Shown here in pieces: positions 1-9,600 of a DNA stretch of 58,212 nt. Below the pieces are notes generated by a model. The model did no database searches, was not told where the DNA came from, and saw only the letters and a program-made list of their open reading frames with translations. The first letter of the stretch is position 1, and each line of letters starts with the position of its first letter. The stretch lies in IMG/VR virus record IMGVR_UViG_3300024433_000001, positions 1 through 58,212 of that record; one strand, written 5' to 3'. The stretch comes from a virus (Duplodnaviria; Caudoviricetes). Both the position numbers and the translations under genes were made by a program.

Positions 1-127
1 CAAGCGTCTCCCTAGCGTTAGGCAGGACGATCCCGCGCTTTTCGGCCCAGAGCGTATAGGGCGATTTGTATGGATTAAGCCCTAACGCAGTGGCGACTTC
101 CGATGCGCCAATTCCCGCTTGGCGTTC
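1..127. repeat. Terminal direct repeat identical to 58086-58212 (assembly overlap of a circular or circularly permuted genome)
   Basis: caagcgtctccctagcg...cgcttggcgttc occurs at both ends; 127 nt is a common assembler k-mer; a CDS reads through the junction. Confidence 0.95.
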
Positions 128-178
128 CTTTATCCATTCCTCTTGTGTGAGCGTCTGGATTCCCAACTCTTTAGACAT
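1..178 (-). CDS. 5' part of YqaJ-like viral recombinase/exonuclease (continues at 58085 to 57304)
   Basis: ATG at 178 gives MSKELGIQTLTQEEWIKERQAGIGASEVATALGLNPYKSPYTLWAEKRG, the typical YqaJ N-terminus; in frame with ORF 57304..58083. Confidence 0.9.
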   Translation of the reverse strand, partial: MSKELGIQTLTQEEWIKERQAGIGASEVATALGLNPYKSPYTLWAEKRGIVLPNARETL

Positions 179-222
179 TTCAATTTCTTTGGCAGACATT
201 TGACATTGCCTCCTGTTCGGCT

Positions 223-471
223 TTATTTCCGGCTTGTTTTGGGTGGCCTGGAACGGTTCGACACCTTACGCTTTTCCGCTCGTTCGGCTTCCAGGTTCCA
301 GGCCACCACCTGTGTAAATACGCGCGATAATGGTGCGCGGAATACCTTCCTGCATCGCTCTTCCCGGAACGCAATTACATCGCCCGGCTCCAATATCACC
401 ACAAGTCTACGACCCTGATAGTTGTACGAATTCACTGTGCGACGTTTTATCCGTTTACGCAAATCGGTCAT
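223..471 (-). CDS. Hypothetical protein (82 aa)
   Basis: ATG ORF tiling the minus-strand operon, preceded by AGAG. Confidence 0.6.
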   Translation of the reverse strand: MTDLRKRIKRRTVNSYNYQGRRLVVILEPGDVIAFREERCRKVFRAPLSRVFTQVVAWNLEAERAEKRKVSNRSRPPKTSRK

Positions 472-474
472 GGC

Positions 475-669
475 TCATCTCTTTTGTTTTAGAATGCGCT
501 TATCCTTATCTTCTTGGTCTTGCGCATATTGCCGCGCGAACTTTCGGGACACAGCCCCGATCTTCATTTGCTTGCGTGTCCGCACACGTGGTGGGCCAAA
601 CAAATATGAGTCAATTGCCCAGACCAGCCCTACGCTCAGAGCGCCAAAGAAAAACCCTAGCCAGAACAT
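475..669 (-). CDS. Small membrane protein
   Basis: MFWLGFFFGALSVGLVWAI hydrophobic N-terminus; GGAGG upstream. Confidence 0.55.
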   Translation of the reverse strand: MFWLGFFFGALSVGLVWAIDSYLFGPPRVRTRKQMKIGAVSRKFARQYAQDQEDKDKRILKQKR

Positions 670-874
670 AATGTAGCCTCCATCTCCGTAGGAAGGTTGG
701 CAACCACCGCGCAAATGTCTTTATGCCACGCAGCCCCGCCTTGTTTTCCTGCACACATTTCGGACAAGGATGAACCTCGTCAGCCAATGTCCGAAACCGA
801 TAACCACATTCGGAACATATACGGTCTTTGATTTCCCGACCCTCAATCCATCCGTACCACGGGTCCCACTGCAT
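611..874 (-). CDS. Small zinc-ribbon protein
   Basis: CSECG...CPKC motifs; ATG at 874 directly after the upstream stop. Confidence 0.55.
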   Translation of the reverse strand: MQWDPWYGWIEGREIKDRICSECGYRFRTLADEVHPCPKCVQENKAGLRGIKTFARWLPTFLRRWRLHYVLARVFLWRSERRAGLGN

Positions 875-875
875 G

Positions 876-1913
876 TCAATTCCTTCCTGATTTGGGACTG
901 GGGTCATTACCAGACAACATCTCTTTTTTGAGCTTCTGGTAGCGTGCCACCTCAGCTTTCGCAAAGGTCAGTAGGTTTTTCCCAGTAATCCCGTAACGAT
1001 ACCGGTCACCGGGCATCAAGGTCTTTTTTGCCTTAAGGCACCTATGCTTAACCAAAAGAACAATTTCTGGATAACTACGTTTGAGAATATCTGCCGCACT
1101 GAAAAGGTTGTAAGACTGCTTAGGATCAATGTCGGGTAGGGTGGCAAGGCCCCATCGCACCAAACGAGGCAATCCGATATTATCGTGTTCGTCTGGGAAG
1201 TTCAGATAACAATTGTTGCCCCAGACTAGGCGTGCTGCGGCATCGTAAACACGAGCAGCATCTTCCGCTGTCTTGTGATAGCATAGGGAGAATTGGCGGC
1301 TATTGCGACCACAATAAATGGATGAATGCCATCTTGCCGTAGGTTTATGGAATGCCACGCCCTTGAAGCCCGATATCGAGCCTAGCCGAGGGCCACGTCC
1401 ACCAAGTTTTTGAGAACGGCGGTGTTCGCCAATCAATTTTGGGTTGTGTTTCTCGGGAAAGTTGAGCCAAGCAAACCCACGATATATTTTGCGCGCCGCC
1501 TCATCGTAAGCCATTGCAGCGGCCTTTTCATTATTAAACGTGCCAAGATAACGCGATCCGATATGCACTTCCCACCTATTTAGTTTAACCAGTTTTCTTA
1601 CACCTTTATATTGGCTGCTACGACCGCTATGGGGCGGCGCACTAGCCAACATCTGTCTCATCGAGCCAACTCGGAGGTTGGATTTGCGGTTATCGAGCGT
1701 GTTGCCGTTGATATGATTGACATACCAAGATTTTTTTGCGGCCAAAATCAGGCGGCACATACGGATTTGGCATTCCCCAATGGCACCCATCGCGTAAGGA
1801 ATATCTCTATTCGCCCCCTGCATTCCACAGTGCCATTTGATGCGAGATAGAAGTGGATAATCCTCATCGTCTACAATTGTGGATTTGCCTTGTGTTAAGG
1901 TGATTGTCTTCAT
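876..1913 (-). CDS. HNH endonuclease with two AP2 DNA-binding domains and a C-terminal HTH-like extension
   Basis: VNHINGNTLDNRKSNLR (HNH); SQYKGV...YLGTF...AAMAYDEAA...AWLNFP and SGFKGV...AARVYDAAA...YLNFP (AP2 x2). Confidence 0.85.
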   Translation of the reverse strand: MKTITLTQGKSTIVDDEDYPLLSRIKWHCGMQGANRDIPYAMGAIGECQIRMCRLILAAKKSWYVNHINGNTLDNRKSNLRVGSMRQMLASAPPHSGRSSQYKGVRKLVKLNRWEVHIGSRYLGTFNNEKAAAMAYDEAARKIYRGFAWLNFPEKHNPKLIGEHRRSQKLGGRGPRLGSISGFKGVAFHKPTARWHSSIYCGRNSRQFSLCYHKTAEDAARVYDAAARLVWGNNCYLNFPDEHDNIGLPRLVRWGLATLPDIDPKQSYNLFSAADILKRSYPEIVLLVKHRCLKAKKTLMPGDRYRYGITGKNLLTFAKAEVARYQKLKKEMLSGNDPSPKSGRN

Positions 1914-1937
1914 GATACCAAGTTCTCTTTCTCTGGA

Positions 1938-2219
1938 TTAGGCGCGCCAACTGGGTTTACTGCTTCCGTTGGCAATCCGTTCATATTCCGTTGGCAATCC
2001 GTTCACAAGATCGTCCAGATTGATCCCAAAAACCTGCGCGATAACGTTTAACGCATCGATATCAGGTTTGTTGCGCCCAGCTTCCCAGCGCCATAGGTCG
2101 TGTTCATTGGTTTTTCGACCGGCCTCGCACATTCTGCTGGCAACCTGCACGCGCTCAAACCCACGAGACTCTCGCCATGCTATAATTCGTTGTCCTAGCG
2201 TCATATTTCGTTCTCCCAT
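1938..2219 (-). CDS. XRE-family HTH transcriptional regulator (start may be the second ATG at 2204)
   Basis: LGQRIIAWRESRG...LWRWEAGRNKPDIDALNVIAQVFGINLDDLV. Confidence 0.85.
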   Translation of the reverse strand: MGERNMTLGQRIIAWRESRGFERVQVASRMCEAGRKTNEHDLWRWEAGRNKPDIDALNVIAQVFGINLDDLVNGLPTEYERIANGSSKPSWRA

Positions 2220-2225
2220 GACATA

Positions 2226-2254
2226 ATTTTAACAGATTGTGAATGTAAAGTCAA
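2226..2254 (-). promoter_or_regulatory. Sigma70-like promoter heading the regulator/recombination/replication operon
   Basis: TTGACT-17 nt-TAAAAT on the minus strand, with -10 ending 6 nt before ATG 2219. Confidence 0.75.
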
Positions 2255-2357
2255 GTAGTTTATTGAACTTTTTGCCCGCCCTAAGCTGGTGGTATGTATA
2301 GACATGCGCAGTCTCCTTATCGCCACACCAAAAAATTCTTAGAAATCTGGAGACATG

Positions 2358-2426
2358 AGGCCCCGGGGAAAGGAGAAACCGGGGCCTTGGTGTGGCAGGA
2401 AGCAGGCGGTGGGGAGGCCGCCTGCC
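2358..2426. terminator. Two GC-rich hairpins after the late/lysis genes (probable transcript end)
   Basis: AGGCCCCGG...CCGGGGCCT and GCAGGCGG...CCGCCTGC inverted repeats; no clear U-tract. Confidence 0.35.
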
Positions 2427-2441
2427 GTAGAAGACATTTGG

Positions 2442-2993
2442 TTAGGTTAGATCGGGGTCGTAAACTGCATATACCTCCATGTGGGTGCTCTCTTTACACC
2501 AACGGTTGAGGTCGGCTGGGCTTGGATGTTTTACAACCATGCGTGGCTCGGCCATCCGCAGGAACTCTGCGGCGCTCTCAGAACAGTAATCCAGGCTGGG
2601 GATGTTCAGCCACCGCAATCGCAACCGTTGGCCCAAAACACCTACCGGATCGTATAGCCGTTTTCTTTTTGGCAACGCGAGTTTGTATTTGATAGCGTCA
2701 ATAATTATCCAACAATCAGTATTTGTCCAGTGTTTACCTCGCCAGAATTTGAGCCGATATTTGCCGCCCAGATACCGATCAATAGACTCTTTATGGTATA
2801 AAACGCCTTGAGTCGCTACCATGCCACGCTCGAACATCCACATGGCATGATTGTAGTATCCAGGCGAACGATTTCTGCTCGTATGCCACTTGATCCGCCA
2901 CGAGATCCAGGATCTGACGTTGTCGGACAACACGAGCAACGGCATATCGACTGCCGGAATGCCAACAACTTCGGTTGTTGTAAGGTATTTCAT
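2442..2993 (-). CDS. Permuted papain-like (YaeF/YiiX, NlpC/P60-type) amidase
   Basis: YNHAM (His), YDPVG, DYCSE (Cys) and SPADL motifs in permuted order. Confidence 0.7.
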   Translation of the reverse strand: MKYLTTTEVVGIPAVDMPLLVLSDNVRSWISWRIKWHTSRNRSPGYYNHAMWMFERGMVATQGVLYHKESIDRYLGGKYRLKFWRGKHWTNTDCWIIIDAIKYKLALPKRKRLYDPVGVLGQRLRLRWLNIPSLDYCSESAAEFLRMAEPRMVVKHPSPADLNRWCKESTHMEVYAVYDPDLT

Positions 2994-3155
2994 TCTGTGG
3001 CCCCTTGCAACATAATACAGACCCGTGGCTAGCGCAGTCCAACTGTGGCAAGAGGCCGCAGTTGTCTCTCTGGATGCGGGGACAAGCGAGGTGATGTGCC
3101 ACCAACCATGGGTCTGTATGTCTCGAATTGTGTCATATCCTTTGCCGTTGTCCCG

Positions 3156-3620
3156 TCACAGGCATTGCAAGGCCCCCTTCGGATTTTTCAGCCCTCCATC
3201 TCTGTTATCGGCGTGCACATGTCCATCTTCATAATCGTCTCTTACCCAATCAAAATGATTCCGGGCCGCTTCGCCGACTGCCCGCTGCGGAATGCGGTCG
3301 CCCACCCGAACCACCTTAGCATAGAAATCCATCGCTATTCCACCATGGCCCGGCAGATGCTTCGAGTGCCGCGATACCGGCCCGCCATTGTCCAGCCAGC
3401 CGAACCGCGCGCCAAGCGCCGCATTGTCCGCCCGTGTCCGCGTACCGCTTGTGACGATGATTGCGACCTCTTCACCTTTCAACTGGCAGAGCTCGGCCCG
3501 CACCGCTTCAGCGCTGCGGATAAGCGACGGATGCACCGTGACAAGCCCTTCGCCATTCGCAAACTCGTACAGCCGGAAATGCTCGGACAACGGGAAATCG
3601 TTTGGTCGTTCACCCATCAT
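3156..3620 (-). CDS. Peptidase M15A-type endolysin
   Basis: LSEHFRLYEF, VTSGTRT..DN, SKHL...AMDF and HVHAD zinc-peptidase motifs. Confidence 0.8.
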   Translation of the reverse strand: MMGERPNDFPLSEHFRLYEFANGEGLVTVHPSLIRSAEAVRAELCQLKGEEVAIIVTSGTRTRADNAALGARFGWLDNGGPVSRHSKHLPGHGGIAMDFYAKVVRVGDRIPQRAVGEAARNHFDWVRDDYEDGHVHADNRDGGLKNPKGALQCL

Positions 3621-6600
3621 CTCGTTGTTGACCTTCCTGGACGCGTGAATTGACGGCCCCGAAGTGTTTGGCGACGTTGAGCAACCCCCTCACCCTTAAC
3701 TTTATCGCGTCCCCACCACGTCTCAAGTTTTGTATGTAGTTCCCTAGCCCATTTCTGGCTTTCTTCAACCATCTCACGTTGTGTTGGTGTCAAAAAGTCG
3801 CGCATGAACCGTTTCCGGTCAGTGTCGGATAGTCCGTACAAAGGATCAATATAGAGAAGAGATCGTTTGAAGTTCTCGACAGTGTTTTCTTCACCAACAT
3901 ATTTCTTTTTTGCGGCAAGAAACGCTTTATAGTTGTCGTTGATAGCCGCCCACTTCATGTTGCGGATTTTACTGGGCGGGAAGATCCCCTTCGTTTCTTT
4001 GCCCAAAACCGTTTTACGATAAGCGGTTTTCAACTCCAATGTTGCATAATACGCGTTCAACCTTGGTTGCGATACGCCAATAAAGTTTCGGGCGAAGTAA
4101 TCCGCTTTCACCGTTTCGCCAGTCTGTTTGGCAAGGCCCCTAACGGCCCGAGCCTCTTCCGCTAAACCTAGGAAGCCCGCTGCGGCCTCAATACGGCTAA
4201 TTGCCTTTGGCCGAGTTGGCTCGGGGAACAACCGCATACCTGTGACAACTTCCATCACCGTCTTTACATCGGGACGTATACCGAATACCACCTTTTTGAC
4301 AGGAGCGAGCGCCGCCTGTTTTGCAAGTTCACCCAAAGTGATTTGGTTATTAGCATATTTGGGATAATGCTCTATAATCTCGTTTATACCGAACACTTCA
4401 AGAACGTCGCCCAACGCGCCAGCGCTTCGCAATAGACGGATAGAGCCGTCTGGGTTACGCCCAAAAATAATATGTGGGGTTGCGCGTTCCCAACTGCTAA
4501 GCTCATCTTCTTCATCGGGGAACATTAAATGATTCCAGAACCACATGGCGCCATACAACCACAAAATCCGCGACATTGCTAATGTGCGAAATGCTGTGGT
4601 TGCAACGGTTTTGCCAACCGCTCCGGCTACAGCGCCCGTCTTTTCTTTGGCTTTGCCATAGACATAAGAGTTGCCAATCAACCGATATGTCCGGCCCATG
4701 TTGATTTCCTGCCAACTCCAGAACGGATACCAATGTTGGCGTATGACATCACCAAGTTCTGTCAGGTTTCTATAATCTCCAAGCAAATTGCGCGCCATAT
4801 GGGCTGCTGCAATATCGTCACCCAAATCTCGCCGAAGCGCTTCGACAACCCTTGGGTTTGCGCCACCATAATGAATGAGGTTGCCTTGTTTGAACTGGTC
4901 TCGGTAATAGAGAAAAGCTGCGTGCCGCAAAAGGTTCTCACGAAACATAGTCCATTTTTTTACAAAATCAAAATAATCGCTTACAATAGTCATGGCGTTG
5001 GTTTGTGAAGTATAGAATCGTTTGAATAAAGCCAAATTCTTTATGTCTGGGATTTCTGCGCGGGTCATTGAAGAAGAAATTACACATAGATCACGGGATA
5101 GCTCAAGTTCTTCAGTGATATTCTCGGGGTTACGATAAAATGCCCATAATTGGTCTACCGTAGGGACCACATATCGCGACCGTAATGCGCCTGGCGCCGC
5201 AGCAATGAGAGGATCAAGGTCACCTGTAAAATTACGGGCATTGTAGCCAAGCCCACGCTTGGGGTTCATCAACGTCCATTGTTTCCAATGACCCATAAGG
5301 TTACGCGATATACCACGTTCTACTTCGTTTGCCGTAGGCTTTCCCATCGCATTAAGTTGATGGACGATTTCTGTAGGCAATACCATTGCTTTGTGTGGCC
5401 CACCCATAGCGATCACCGTCTTTATCTGATCTCTGGATAGGCCTGGGAAAATACCGCTGCGTTCCAGATTTTCTACTGCTGCCGCTGGAATTGTATACAC
5501 AGGGAAAAACATGTTGCCGGATACGGATTGCCAGGGTTCATATCCATTGGGGATTAGGTCGTCCCATCCCAGATATTTGTCGCCAAGCCGATCTTGAACC
5601 ATTTTGCGTTTGTCGTTAAGCGCTTTGAAAATGCCTTTTGCCGCAATCCCAGCTTTTTGGTCTCCATACCGCATGATCAGATAGTTGACAAACGAAAACC
5701 ACTGATCCGAACCTGTGTCCAAAGATAGGTCATCTTCTTCAACAACCAAATCATCAAACTCGCCTAGCTCGATTGCACCCTTGTCGTACTCGCGCTGAAT
5801 CATATTTATAAACATCGCCAGCCGCTGACGGTATGGCATGGTTGGGTCCAGTTCCCAGAGTTCGTCGCTTAATTCTACTGCCCTAGCCTTCTCGTCCCTA
5901 TTCAGGCCGCGACCTTCTTCACGTGCTGTTTCCTGAAGCCCCCGGATAGCGCCTCGTAATTGTCTGATCTTTGCTACAACCTTCGGCCCACCAACAAGCG
6001 CCTCGAAGTTCATGGCCTTAGCGCCTGCCTTAAGCTCATCCAACCTATCATATCGGTCGCCGATCATGCGTAACGCTTTTTCTTTCTCGACCTCAACCAT
6101 CGCCTCAACCATCCATTCGCTTTCAGCTTGGATATAATCGGTATTGTAATCGTACTCTTCCGGCAGGCTTTCGCCTTTGACACGTTTTTTCTGGAACCCT
6201 CTTTTCATTCGTCGTAGCTTTCTGCCACCTAACCCACGACGCAATTTGAGCTTTGTCAGGACTTGCTGATGATAATACTGTTTCCGGTCAATTCCTTTCA
6301 GGATGCCGTATTCTTTAAGCATTTCACCAAGTACGTCAAGTAGCCGCTTCCGCTTGTTAAGCGCTTGCTGAATGGCCGGTGAACGCGCAACCGCGTTTCT
6401 AAATGTGATGAGATTTTCTTCAAGTTCTTCTATAGACTCATAACCGGATCGTAACGGTTCGCCAAACTTCCTGACAGACTCGTGCATGTTTAACATTATC
6501 AGATACCATTCAAAGGTGTCTTTTTCTTCAGGCGTTTTGAGGCTGCTTAATACATCAGCGATTTCCTCCTGTGTTTTTAGCAAAAGTTCATCTATACGAC

Positions 6601-9600
6601 CCCTGAACAACCGAAGTACTTCGTTTACAACAGCAAACTCGTCGGTATTGGGCAAGTGCTGATAGGCGCGAGTGGCTCGATGGCCTAACACCCTTAAAGT
6701 TTCTCGGATGCGCTCGGTCATTGTGAGGGTCGTAACGCCGTGCGCCGCTTTTCGCCGTCGTTCAACTTCTGGACTTAACGCTTTAACTGGGAGTTGCTTG
6801 GGACCGTACTCCGGCGGTTGCGATTCCCGAACCACACGACCTTTGACTTCTGCTCCGAAAAAGCGCTCATCTTGCTGATTGGCTTTGGGGCTTAGGATGG
6901 ATGTCATATTGTCCAAGTCGAAACCAGCTAAGATATGACCTTCTTCAAACAAACGGTCCAGGGCTAGTCCGCGATCAGAATCGGCAGTGGGAAACCCATG
7001 AACGCCGATGATGACCCTTGTCGCACCAAATCGACGCGCTTGGCCCCGAAGATAATCCAGGGCGGGCTTATAATGGTTAAAAATCCCGTATGGAACAGAT
7101 TGGATAGCGTTCAACTCATTCCGCGGGTTGCTGTAAAGCACAGTAACTTTATCTGCATCTGTTTCAATAGCCGCAAATATCTTGGCTGTCTGACTTGGCG
7201 TGACATGTTGTTTGCCCAATAAGCCTTGTTCTCGAGCGTACACATCTCCGCGCGCCGATTCTGGAAGCGCAGCAATACCTTGTTCTATAGTCTTATCTCT
7301 GTCTTTGTAACTCAAAAGGTTGTAAGTGTCATGGTCTATGATTATGTGTCCCCGCAAACCTGGAGCATACTGATGATACTGCTCAGTGACAAGGGCATCA
7401 GCGAACGACATAGTAACGTCGCCGCTAGGATGGTTATGGAGAAGATAGTAACCGTCTGCGCCCAACCGCTCGATACGGCGTTTCATGGCCGCGAAATGCC
7501 GCAGGGACGCTGATGGTTTATGCGTGGATGGACGTGCGACAGTAAGCCCAGGAAGCCCGGCAGTCATTCCCTCATGGGCGACAATCCGGTCTCCTTTAAC
7601 ATAAATTATTCGGAAAGTTTCAATCCGAGGATCGCGGTACACTTGAAGAAGGGCCGCCAACTCCCCTATGTCCGCAAACGTCTGGCCTCGGAGATCGATA
7701 CGACCTTTCCGGGCGAGGGTGTCTGTGATTCGAGTTCCGAGCGTAACAACTCCGCCTGTCCTCGGGGTAACACGGCGTCGTGCCGCCCGCTTAGCGGGTA
7801 GTACACCTCGAGCACGTTCGGCGGCAAGGTCCGCGGCTTGAAGTGCGTCAGCAAGGGTTTCTTGCGGGACATATTCAGGCTCCTTTTCATCTATTATAAA
7901 CGGTTTAACAGCAGATTGGTAGTCTTTTTTTGGTTCTTTAACCAAGCCCTGCTCCCCGGGTTTCGGTTCTACGGTTTCCTCATACGCCTCTTTTGGTTCC
8001 GCCCGTAACTGTCCGATAATATCGTCAACGCGCTTTGTACTTTCTTTGTTTTGCTCCAGCACAGCCCGCTGCCGAGTCAGCGCATCAACAGCGCGTTCTT
8101 TGTCGCCATACAAGTCAACAGCTTGTTTTGCGGCCTCATCAAGCGAGATATCCAGCCTGAACAGTTCGCCTTGGGCTTCTACGGCAGGAGCAGGCTTGGG
8201 CGCAACGCCTTTCTCGGCAAGCGTGGGTTTGGCCGACACCACCCCTTCCGGCACCTCGGCAGGTCCCTCAAAATCTCTAACATCGAACAGGTCGGCATCT
8301 GCTTTCCCTGTATCAAACAACTCGCCTCGCGCATGGGCTTTCTCCAAACGTTCCGCTTCAGTAGGCTCAGCCGTTTTACGGGCCTGAACTTTGCGTGGTC
8401 GTATAGGTTCGGCATAACGCTCAACGGAAGCGCGCGCAGGTTTCTTTTTCTCTGCCGCAGCAATTTCAGCTTGTTGCCGCTGAAACTCCTCAAGCGCGTA
8501 TGGATACAGCGGGTTGTCGGCGCGAATCACCTCTTTGACGTTAAGCGACTCAAAATCGGCTACATGCACCGTATCGTCATCTGTCAAATCTTTTCCGCCA
8601 CGGTCGCCAGCGTCCGTTACGCGCCGCCATTCGCCCTGGAAATATAGAAGATCGCCAATGTTAAGTTCCGTTTCGTTGATTTCGTGGGTCGGTTGGCGTG
8701 GCACGCGCTCAATAAAACCTTCGCCCGTAACCTTGGCTTCGGCGCCTACATCCATTATGGTAGACCCAACAAAAAGCGGCCTAAGCTCGCTTGGGTCGGG
8801 ATTGTCGGTTACGGGCAACCCCAGATCCCGCGCTCGAGCAAGGGCCGTATCCCATGCAAACACACCCCCTCGCTGCCAAATGCCTGGCGGTAAACGGCCA
8901 CCAAAATCGTCCACTATATTAAGGCCGGTTGGCGGTTGAATACCCGATTGCCGCATCTCGGCGCGAAACAAACGTAACGGTTCGTTGACTTCTTTGCCTT
9001 TGGGAAGTTTCCGGGGCTTCCTTACCCGTTTGGGTTGTGCGGTAGGTTCCTCGCTAACGATTTCTGCCGAAACAAATATACCTTTATGGCCGGCATTTCT
9101 AACTGCTTGTTCTGCCCCAAACGCTGTTTTTGCGCTAACAGTGAAATGGCGGTCTACATCCTCTGGGACCTTCCTCGGACCAACTGTAACTATCTGGCGA
9201 AGCGTTACATCCCATTCTTGTTCAGCACGAGGCCGAACCTTGCGCTTAGGCTTTTCAGTAGGAACAATAGGCGCGACCAGATCAATGCCAGCCTCATGAA
9301 GTTGGCTGATTTTGCCGCCCGTCAACGGTCCGAAGGCGTCAGATTCTGTAACTTTCCGCCCATCATATTCGCGGACACGCCAACCCTTTCCCCTCATACT
9401 GGTCCATCGCCGGCCCAGTACGCCCAAGGCGCGATTTTTCAGGACAGCTTCGGGCAGTGGCGCTTCAGGCGGCATGGCTTCTTCTGGAACCAATGCCGGG
9501 GGGGCCAATTCTGCTTCAGGGACGGCTTTCTCTGGTTCGGCGGGGCGTTTGCCCTCCGGTACGGATATCGGCACTATGGCGGCCCACCCCTTGTGCCAAT

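Noticed and set aside
2994-3158. The endolysin TGA is followed by 54 stop-free codons in frame with the downstream amidase (possible read-through fusion)
   Set aside because: A stop-free run this long is not rare by chance, the amidase has its own AAGGGG RBS, and no recoding signal is evident
7594-7622. TTATGTTAAA resembling the XerD arm of dif
   Set aside because: Lies in JAB coding sequence, and the XerC arm and spacer do not fit
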